Below are positions 54,557-64,000 of a stretch of 64,000 nt of DNA, one piece after another. Position numbers and translations under genes: made by a program. The notes below the pieces were generated by a model. That model made no database searches, had not been told where the DNA came from, and saw only the letters and a program-made list of their open reading frames with translations. The stretch is taken from assembly GCF_009914755.1 (NCBI RefSeq), contig NC_060929.1. One strand, given 5' to 3'. The stretch's first letter is position 1, and each line of letters starts with the position of its first letter. Origin of the DNA: the human T2T-CHM13v2.0 reference genome, Homo sapiens.

Positions 54557-54618
54557 ACACACACACACACACCACTTGATGAAGAATCAAACACGGGATT
54601 TTAGGGCACACACACACA
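54557..54618. repeat. (CA)n interrupted by a 38-bp copy of 56145-56184
   Basis: Exact match apart from a 2-nt indel. Confidence 0.9.
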
Positions 54619-54804
54619 GAGAGAAAGACTGGATTTATAGATATCATAATAATTATCTAGATGTACATAGATGTATAGAACTGTGATCTCTATAGGATTC
54701 AATGTTGTTTTTTCCATGTCTTTAAATATGTGTTGAAAACATGGATTTTGATAGATTAATATTATATTTAATAGATGTTTCGTAATATATTTGATCATTC
54801 TCTG

Positions 54805-55220
54805 TGTCTGTCAGAGTTTTTGTTTGTAAGCCACAGAAAACAACACTGGCTATATTAAGCAAAAGATGAATTTACTGGAATCATATTAGGTAGCTATAGG
54901 ATCTATGGGAGGCATGGAAAAATAGGCTAACAAAAGGGACAGCAATCAAAATAGGCTCAGCAGTGGGACCCCTAGCCAGCGCTGACCACAGAAACAATCT
55001 GTCCCTGGAATTTTTGTTTTCTATACTTAGGTTTCAATGTTCTGAATAGGGGCATCTTGCTGACCAAGCCTAGGTGATGTGTCCCACTTTACCTACAAGG
55101 GGACAGGCAGTAGGAAGGATTGATTTTGTAGTGAGAAGTAAGGCCCCAACTCCCATTAAGAGTCCCCATGGGGTCCATCTCTCAAACAGGAAAGGCATTA
55201 GGACATGACTAGCAGGAAAC
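54805..55220 (-). mobile_element. Old MLT1 LTR
   Basis: tgtttgtaagccacagaaaacaacactggctatattaagcaaaagatgaatttactgg..gaccaagcctaggtgatgtgtcc. Confidence 0.55.
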
Positions 55221-55224
55221 CACC

Positions 55225-55530
55225 AAGAACATCTTACTACCTCCCCATCGTTAGATGTTTGGGTTGTTTCTTTTTTCCCCTATTCTATTGTATTATAAAA
55301 CTGTGAAACATTTTTTCTCTGCAAAATTATTGAGTACCTCTCTGATTATCTCTAAGATAAATTCTCTAGCAATGGAATTTCTGGATGAAAGGGTATGAAT
55401 GTTTTCTCATCTCTTAATAGATACTGCCAAATTGCTTCTCTGGAAAGTAGCATCCGTTTAAGCTCACTCTTGGAGTGGGTATGAGGTGTGCCTGGTTTCT
55501 TACCCAGCTTTGGCATGATTATTTTTAGGA
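55225..55530 (-). mobile_element. L1ME fragment
   Basis: agataaattctctagcaatggaatttctggatgaaagggtatg..atagatactgccaaattgc. Confidence 0.6.
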
Positions 55531-56149
55531 ATCATCACGCCCACGCCTTTCTAGGCTGTACTCATTTGTGCAGCCTGTACATCACTTAAATTATGGTTCT
55601 CTGAAGTTGAAACACCTAGTGGCAAAGTGAACAACTGAGTAAATAAGTTGTTTATTTTCTTAATTTTATTTGTGATAATTACTTTTATTGATTTTCTTCC
55701 TCATTAATTTGATTAATACAGGGGCTGCTTCTTTTACTATGCTGTAGACAAGCTGTTTCTTTTTCTCTTCTGGAAAGATAGCATTTACAAAGCGGCAAGT
55801 GCATCTGAAATAATGAAAGGTTGAGTTCTAGAAATGAGGTTCTAGGAGGTGCTCACCCTGCCTTGGCAGGTGGCTCTCACGGATAATGTCCAGGGTATCT
55901 CTCAGACCTCCTGGGAACAGGCGGAGAGCTCATCTCCAGAAGCAGATCCATTCAGAAGTCATAGCAGTGATTCAACTCCTATGGCCCCTAAGTTGGGATG
56001 AACACGAAACCCAGAGAGGTGATGACGTATTTCGTGACTTTTCTATTAACTTAGAGGAACATCTTTCTAGCAAGAAATTGAAAGGCATGAAAAATATTAG
56101 GGTCTGGGCTTCCATCAAGAGAGTCCTAATGATGCCCAAGAAGGACCAC

Positions 56150-56505
56150 TTGATGAAGAATCAAACACAGGGGATTTTAGGGCAGTGAAACATCATATGG
56201 CAATTGAAGTATCATATTATAGGTGATACTATAATGGTAGATACATGATGTCACACATTTGTCAAAACTCATAGACCCATGTTGCACACAGAGTGAACTC
56301 TAATGTAAACTATGAACTGAATAATAATGTATCAATATTGATTCCTTAATTATAACAAATGCACCACACTCATGCAAGATGTTAATAATAGGGAAAGCTG
56401 TGCTGGGGTAGGGGACTGTATATGGGAACTCTCTGCACTATCTGCTCAATTTTTCAGAAAATGGAAAACTGTTCTAAAATATAAAGTCTATTAACTAAAA
56501 AACAT
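56150..56505 (+). mobile_element. L1MC/MD 3' end
   Basis: gattttagggcagtgaaac..gatactataatggtagatacatg..agagtgaactctaatgtaaactatg..gggaactctctgcactatctgctcaatttt. Confidence 0.85.
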
Positions 56506-56529
56506 TTCAAAAATACACACAGAGAAATA

Positions 56530-56690
56530 CAGTGTATTCAGGAAGTAGCACTTGACTAGGAGTCTGGGTCCCGGAATGCTGGTCCTACTCACTAGCTGTG
56601 TGGCTTTGGAGAAGTCACTTCACCTCTCTGGATTTTACCATAGGGTTGGACCACATGATCTTTAAAGCGATTCTCCCTTCTGATAGCATA
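56530..56690 (+). mobile_element. MIR/MIR3
   Basis: actagctgtgtggctttggagaagtcacttcacctctctgg..gggttggaccacatgatc. Confidence 0.6.
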
Positions 56691-58429
56691 AGATCTCAGG
56701 ATTACTTACTTTAGATTTGTCACCCGTGTCCAGACTGTGAATGTCGGTAGTAATCAAAACGTGCCTTTCACTTTGCTGTCTGGCAAGAAATAATGGAATG
56801 AATAAAACACACATCTTTCCCCCTTACCTTGGGGCTCAGAAGCCTCTCTAGAGCTAGCAAGACCTATATAAAAGTCAGGCATAAAGCAAATAAGGCAAGC
56901 TGATTTTTTTTTTCCAGAGAAAGCCACTTTTTTTTCTCTTTGCATAATTTGATTTTAGTGTTCTGCCCTTGTTAAGTTCTCTCCCACTTGTAGACATTTA
57001 CACAATGGGTTATAATCATATTATTTTATTGTTGGTCATTAACCATGGGTTAACCTTTTACATGGACTTATGTGGCGTATTAAGTATGCCATTCACGAAG
57101 ACTAGAGATAAGGCCTGATTTTGGATCATGGGTATGAATAAACATCTCTGGGTGTCTGTGCTTGGCCGGTAGCCAGCTTGATGCTGAGCTCTGATTGGTT
57201 GGATGCTCTTGGGGCCATGCAACCGTGACCTCAGGTCCAGGCAATGGTGCACATTCATGGGATGGTGGGCTGAGGTAACCTCACTGGTCTTGAAGGAATG
57301 TCGATCTCATTAGAAAGTGTATATAGCAAAGAATAATTTTCAATTTTCCCTAAGTAAATATCTGGCAAAGCCTAGAATTGGATCATGTCCAATTCTGCAG
57401 ATAAAATGCCCCCAAACACGTTTCCTCTGAAGAAAGGCTGAAAATATATGGACATTTATATTTGTCTAATTTAAGTAAATCTCATTAATGTGAATAATGC
57501 AGAATAATGTACAGTGATATAGTGGTTTATATTCTCGTGCTAGTCTAGAAGGGAGTTCATTATGGTCCAACAGGAGGTTAGGACTTACTGAGGCCTTCTC
57601 TATATGAGGTCTTTACACATGTAAGCTCTTACATAGTCCAGGAATAGCAAATACACAGCAGCACTTGTGCCTCAACTCTCCCTCCTGAGCTCAAAGCAGA
57701 CATTACTAATGTAAAATGACATTCTTGCCTGCAAAGATGGCCAGTAGACCTCGAACGGGGCTTTCAAGAAGACCTAATGAAGGCTTGTAAGAAGAACCTC
57801 CCTGCCCAATTAAGTCAACAAGCTTATCTTCATGGGAAGCCACCTTTCCTGGAGAAGAAAGATCTTGCTTCTTGGAGACGACTGTCTTTAAACTCATGGA
57901 CTAATGTACCAGGTTGTTAAATTGACTTTCATTGTATTCTTAGAGACTTAACTGAGTCCCCAGAACAGATGTCAGTGATTGCTAAGCGCCCATTCTTTCT
58001 GGAAAACATAGATGCTAGACATATCCTTGGGAAGTTTCTGAGAGAGAGCAAAAATGGTCCCTCATGTCCATCATTCACATCCGTCCCATGTAAGAGAAAG
58101 AAGACCAGACATTTTAAAAGATAGAATGAAATGAAGGTATGTCTTGGGAGAGAGTAATTCTCCCCAACCACCACTACTACTTCCAGGCAAATAAAATAGC
58201 TGCAAGAGTAAATGGTGGAGGTATTTGGGATGCATTCCTCTGCCTAGAAGACTCTGAAAGCTGGAGGCTGGCTGGAAATGACAGTGATGGTGGAGCTAGG
58301 AGACAGGGTGGAAGTAGGAGCAACAGCACTTATATCATTTGTAGGGCAAGATGAATGGGTTTACCCATGGGCTGAGTAGACACAGAGGAGGGCAGTCAGG
58401 CTAAGCCTCTCTGAAAGCGCTCCACCCCA

Positions 58430-58830
58430 GAGGGCTGCCTGTCTGTTTCTTTTATGCAAATGTCAGTTCAAATGTTACATCCTCAGAGATGCCTCCCCTG
58501 ACCACCAGGGCAATATAGTGTTCCTTGCAGTCACACTTTATTACACCACCTGGTTTATTTCCTTGACACCACTTACAATATAAACTTACATTTTCCTTTG
58601 TTAGTTTATTTATTGTCTGGTACCTGTCCAAAGTTTTGCAGGAAGAATTAGAGGTGGAGAAGTGAGGAAGGAATCTCAAAGAGGTCATTCTTTACAAAGT
58701 AAAATCATCTTATTAAATTTAAGTTCCATGAGAGCAGGACTTTATTCATCTTATTCACCGCTATTCCAGATACTTGGAACAGAACCTGGCACATAGTAGC
58801 TACTCAACAAAAATGTATAAACTAAGTACA
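58430..58830 (+). mobile_element. L2 3' region
   Basis: cagttcaaatgttacatcctcagaga..aagttccatgagagcagg..aacctggcacatagtagctactcaac. Confidence 0.75.
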
Positions 58831-59849
58831 TCTCTGCCAAGCAAGAGCCCTAAGAGATAAATAGACATCAGCTGGTTCTGAGAATGGCATTTTTTCCAGT
58901 CCATGGCCTGCTTGTAAATGTCTATGTTAAAAGGGTGTAGAGGGAGAAGCAAGTAGGAACTATAAACTGGAATAATTTTTTTGTCCTCTCTGGGTTTCTA
59001 TTATGCCTATGCTTCAGTGTCTGGATAACCAGTAAGTAACACTTTAGGGAAGTTTTTTCCTTCTCCTTTCCTCCTAGCCTCTGCTTATAATCTGCAAAGT
59101 CTGCTGGCCCCTGGAAACTCACGTGGGCACTTAGTTGGTTTTGACTGATTGGATTGGCAGTGATGAGCTCTCCCCAGCCTTGATATGCCTCCAGGCTTCA
59201 GGGAAAGTTGAGACTCTGGCCAGATGTTTGGAGACAATTTGGGAAGGTGGAAATATACAAAGGATATGCATTTGCTAGTGTTATTCATGGCTTTTGTGCA
59301 CATCCTCCTGAGTCATGTTAAATTAAAATTGTTTACTTTGAGCAAGTGTATGTCTTCAGTGATTGGGACCCCCGAAAAACAAATTTATTGAAAAAACATG
59401 GGTAAACCAGGGTATTTTAAAAGCCATTCATTTCTCATGCTTTTGATTAGAGCCACAAATTAAATCTCCATAAACCTAGTCATACAGTGAAGTGAGAAAT
59501 TACAGCCTTTCCTTTCTGTAAGAATTTTTTTGAAAGATTGAAATAAAAATCAAAATACATTTGAATAGCACTTTGCAGTTTACCGGCGCTTCTACCTATA
59601 TTATATCATGTGGTTGAAAAAAGATATATCATTTAGTAAACTTTAAACTGATAAAGTCATAAAGCTGAAGAAACTTCTGGGTGTTCAGTGAGTAAATGAA
59701 TGTTTGAGTGCAATGTGGAGACAGAATCATCATTGCACGTCTTATTTATAATTAGGATTGTTCATCAGGTTGACCTTGAATCATGGATCCCATAACAGAA
59801 AGTTAGATACGGCTGCTTTGAGAACTAAAAGGCCCAAAAAGTGCAGTCA

Positions 59850-60458
59850 GATCCATGTTAAGATTTGTGGAGCCCAGAGTAAGACTAATAGAGAGGCCTA
59901 TTTACATACGTATGAATATTTTAAATGTGTAAATAAAGCTAGAAAACTGTTAAATTAAAATACAGTCGATCCTTCTACCTTGACAAGTAGAACTTCATGA
60001 CTTTCTGGAAGGCCAGATCTGAACTGCGAATTCTTGGATGCCTCGGGTGGATGTTTCTGATGGAACATGGAAGGGTCAGACGAGTCTCACTTGGGTGCCA
60101 CCTCCTTCCCTTTCCACTCCCAGCTCCATCTTATACCACAGGGGCCTTGAGTGCAGGCAAGTGGATATCCCAACTCCATATCCAGTCTCCATCCACACCT
60201 CATCAGAAAGGTGGGCCCTGGGGAAGAGGTCTGCCTGGTCCTCAGAAGTGAACTCAGGGCCATAAAGTCAGGCAATTCCAGGGTGCTGGGTACTTAGTAT
60301 GAACAAGATGGGTGCAGGCTCTGGGTGGACATGTTTCCTTGGGCCCTGGGAGTGCTCACTCCATGAGGAGAGGTATAGTCAGCGGAGGAACAAACAGCCC
60401 TCTCTAAAGTGCAGGAACCTGGGCAGGGCCCCTTGTGCCTGGATCTAAAGGTAGTACT
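59850..60458. mobile_element. hAT-Tip100 remnant (MER115/Zaphod-like)
   Basis: End gggcagggccccttgtgcctggatctaaaggtagtact resembles the family terminus; assignment from memory only. Confidence 0.45.
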
Positions 60459-60476
60459 AAATTTAATGATAGTTAG

Positions 60477-60823
60477 TGCTATGGTCTGAATGTTTGTGTG
60501 CCTCCCAAGTTCATGCATTAAAATTCTAACCCCCAAGATGATGATATTAGGAGGTGAGGCTTTGAGAGGTGATTAGGTGATGGGATTAGTGCCCCCTATA
60601 AAAGAAGCCTGAGAAGGACCTTCACCCCTTTCTCCAGATTAGGTTACAATAAGAAGACCACTGTCTATGAACAAGGGAAATGGGCCCTTATTATATGCCA
60701 AATCTGCCAGTGCCTCGATCTTGGACTTCCCAGCCTCCAGAATTATGAGAAATAAATTTATGTTTTTCACAAGTCACCTAGTTTCAGGAGTTGTTGTTGC
60801 AGCAGCTCAAATAGACAAAGATA
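60477..60823 (+). mobile_element. MLT1A-type solo LTR
   Basis: tgctatggtctgaatgtttgtg..atcttggacttcccagcctccagaa..gagaaataaattt. Confidence 0.9.
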
Positions 60824-61207
60824 GTTGAAATTAAACTGAGCGTTGTTTGCTTCTCAACTTTTGTCTTAGGTACTCTTTTCTTTAAGTAAACCATTTGTAA
60901 ATGCTATAGTACCTAAAGCTACCCTAACCAAAGACCTATTTTAAATGATGCTCAATTTAGTTTTAAAAAACATATTGAAAAGGGGCCACTTGGGATGAAG
61001 AATCCAGTAGTTAGGACAAATGAACCAAAATTTGAAATAGAAAACAGATAAAGCATTCCATCTCAAGTATAGACAGGTGAACTAAAAGAGCTATAATTAC
61101 AATAATAGTGCCTTTCAAAGTATAACTTCTTGTTTCCAAAACACTTTCACTTGTATATGTATCATTGAGTTCTTATGAAATTAAGCATCAATTCTTTGAA
61201 GTTTGAA

Positions 61208-61232
61208 ATATATATATATATATATATATATA
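61208..61232. repeat. (AT)n microsatellite
   Basis: Directly visible. Confidence 0.95.
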
Positions 61233-61769
61233 CTCCAGACAAATATAAAAAGGAACACTTGACACTGTGAAGAGTAAATTTATAGACTCCATTAGCCAAG
61301 GAATGGTGGAAATGAGAGGTGGAACAATGTAGAAAGAGAAATCAAAGGCAGCAAACAGGCTTCAGCCTGGGTCAGCTCTGATCTTTGGATAGTGGCCACT
61401 GAAGTGCTAGACTGAGAAAATCTTAGGTCATGCCTAGCCTCAGTGGTTAGTAATAAATTAGCCATGCCTGTTACAATCAAAGAAGGGGCCATGATGGCAT
61501 GTGAGCTGTGAATGTGCCATTTCTGGGCTGGACAAATGCATGTGGCTGACAGTAAGGGCAAGCAGGATGCTTGGGGTTATCCTTAGTCTTTTGAGGTTGT
61601 TGGCAAGGAGAACAATCAATGCAAATTCTCAGAAAGAATTCTCATGTTCTTGAATATTTCTGTCTTTCTCCAGCAAAAACAATTTGGGTTTCTTTGAAAA
61701 AGACGTTGCTTTCAACTTACTTTCTGATATGGAAAAAAGATGAGATAGACACCTGTTAAGGTGTTGATT

Positions 61770-62000
61770 GGTGATAACTGGATGCATAGAAGACTTGGAT
61801 TCTTTTCTCAACTCTGTCACTAACTAGCTGTGTGACCTTGAGCAAATCCCTTAACCCCTCCAGACCTCTATTTCCTTGTCTCCAAAATAGGGATATTATC
61901 TGAGTGATCTCTCAGAGATTTGTGAGGCTTAAAGGAGTTAGTAACAAGGCAATCACTTGAAATATAAAACATTACACCATTGTAAGCCATTATGATTCCA
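61770..62000 (+). mobile_element. MIR
   Basis: cactaactagctgtgtgaccttgagcaaatcccttaacc. Confidence 0.8.
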
Positions 62001-62024
62001 CTGAAAAATTAGCACATTAGTCTA

Positions 62025-62335
62025 GGGTAGCATTTCCCAAAGTGTGTTTTTGGAACATCAGTTCTATGGGATGTCAACCGGTATTACGCTAAAGCTATCA
62101 AACAAACAAACAAACAAAAAAGTGTTTTCTGGCCAAATAAATTTAGAAAACTCAAGGCTAAGCAAGCTTACATAGTTATTTTACCACATAAATTATTAGT
62201 CTTAATAATTTAATGTGCACTGTGAATCATTAAAATGAGGAAATTATATGCAGTAATTCAGACACTTCTTTGGACACAAGACTCTTATTTTCTCAACATA
62301 TTAGTCCTTCAGAACACAGTCTTTTGGAAATTATT
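62025..62335. mobile_element. hAT-Charlie MITE (MER112/113-like)
   Basis: Ends tttcccaaagtgtgtt and aacacagtcttttggaaa are roughly inverted. Confidence 0.5.
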
Positions 62336-62379
62336 AAACCATCTACTCTTCAAGTTCTCTTCTGACTTGAATGCCCTCT

Positions 62380-63130
62380 GATTCATTCATCTGTTTAACA
62401 AATATTTATAGAGTCCCTATTATATGCCAGGCACTGTTCAGTGTAAAAAAAATACATCAGTGTACAACACAGAGAAACAAATCCTTGCTTTCATGGAGCT
62501 TACATTCTAGCAGGATTTGATGTCACTCACTCAAAGTGTACTCATACTTTGAGAAGTGACTGCTATCCCTTAACTCAAAGATACAAAGTTGTAAAGTAGG
62601 ATCATTAAAAACAAAGAAAGGCCAGTGGGGAAGGATAGTTTGTGGGGAAAGGAGGGAAGACTGTGTGTCACTCTGCCTCCCTATCCCTCAGCCTCTGAGT
62701 TGAGGTTAAACTATGAACTCAGATCTGAAGAAGCAGATGGCTTCTACATCAGGGGCGCACAATCCCATTTGTTTATTTGTTTATTTACTCATTAATGTCA
62801 CTATTCAGCACATACTTATAGGCATGACATATGTCATACACAACAATGCATAAGACCAAATTTGTACCCCCAGAGCTGACTCCCAGGTGGGCAGGCAGAT
62901 CAGGACATGAGAGATTGTGCCTGTGTGTTTTATGTGCTATGGGGGAGAGGACAGAGTAATGTGGGGGCACATTGCAGGGGCACTGAACCCTAGACATCAG
63001 AGAAGACATCTTAAAGTGACATTTAATTTGAATTATCCAGAGAGCAATAGGAGTTTGTTTAGCAAACTGGCTTAGGGTGAATTGGGGAAACAGTGAGTAG
63101 GAAAAGCGCTCTAGTCAGCGGACACAATAT
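62380..63130 (-). mobile_element. Two L2 3' fragments (about 62380-62515 and 62770-63130)
   Basis: aacaaatatttatagagtccctattatatgccaggcactgtt..tcatggagcttacattctag. Confidence 0.7.
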
Positions 63131-63424
63131 GTAACTAACAAAACTCCCATGACAAGTTTACACAGTGGAACTGGCATGGAAGACATATGTATATATTAGA
63201 GTTCTGTGTATGATTTTCTTTGAAAAAGGGTTCTGTTATTGAAATAAAACTTGAAAACCATTAGTGGTTTCCCAAAGGAAATTTTTGAGGCTACTCTATG
63301 TTTATAATTCTTAAATTCTACTGCTTATGTAAGTCTTTCTGTCAAAAGTATTTGCATTTTCATGGGGAATTTAGGAAGACTGAGATTTCTTTCAAATCTG
63401 AGGTACACATTGCTGCTGGCAGAT

Positions 63425-63895
63425 AGTATTCATTGAAATGATTTTTGTTATAAATGACAGAAACCTCAATTCAAGATGACTTTAGCAAAATAGGAAATTA
63501 ATTATCTTACATGACAAAACAATTCAAATGGAGAGAGACTTCAAATCCAGTCTCTCTCCATTTCAGTTGTCTGGCCTTCATTCTCAGTCTTAGCATTGCA
63601 GCAAGAGGGCTGCCAATGTCTCCATGTCTGCATCTTTCATGTCCAAGTCTAGTGGAAAAGAGGGTTGTCTTCCTGAAGCTGCGACATAAATCCCTGTATT
63701 CACTCTGATTGTACCATCTTATCTCATGTGCTCATCCCCAAACCAATCACTGTAGCCAAGAGGGTGAAACTACAAAGATTGGATAGGCCTGGATCACATA
63801 ATCCAATCCTGGAGCAGGAAGTGTAGTCCCATCCAAACCACATGACTGAGAATGATTTCCTAAAAAGTCCTGAGGCTATAAGCAGAAGAATAGGG
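63425..63895 (-). mobile_element. MLT1K-type LTR
   Basis: aatgacagaaacctcaattcaa..tctgattg..catgtgctcatccccaaaccaatcactgtagcc..accacatgactgagaatg. Confidence 0.65.
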
Positions 63896-63985
63896 AGGGA
63901 GGCAGAAGGGGAAGGAGAGAGAGATGGAGATAGGGAGAGAGAGAGAAAGAGAGTCAAGGATGAAGGGAAAAAAGAGAAAGAAGCA
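63890..63985. repeat. GA-rich polypurine tract
   Basis: Directly visible. Confidence 0.8.
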
Positions 63986-64000
63986 TCACGGAAAACAGTG

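Overview
Primate (AluY present, so human or another catarrhine) non-coding DNA, intergenic or intronic. About half or more is recognisable interspersed repeat: Alu J/S/Y, FLAM, MIR, L2, L1M/L1P, HAL1, CR1/L3, MaLR/ERV LTRs, and hAT and Tc/mariner fossils. I found no credible protein-coding gene, structural RNA, CpG island or CRISPR array. The listed ORFs are chance frames or decayed transposon peptides. I cannot name the locus, and I see no evidence for a new biological system. The best leads are a 38-bp locally templated insertion inside a (CA)n tract, a repeat-free homeodomain-motif block at 38.2-38.95 kb, and several co-oriented CTCF-like motifs, two of which overlap candidate non-coding exons. 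Also notable are a five-level nested transposon stack and an L1 that keeps both ends but lacks most of ORF2. Repeat names come from remembered consensus sequences, so subfamilies and boundaries are approximate and need a RepeatMasker/Dfam check.
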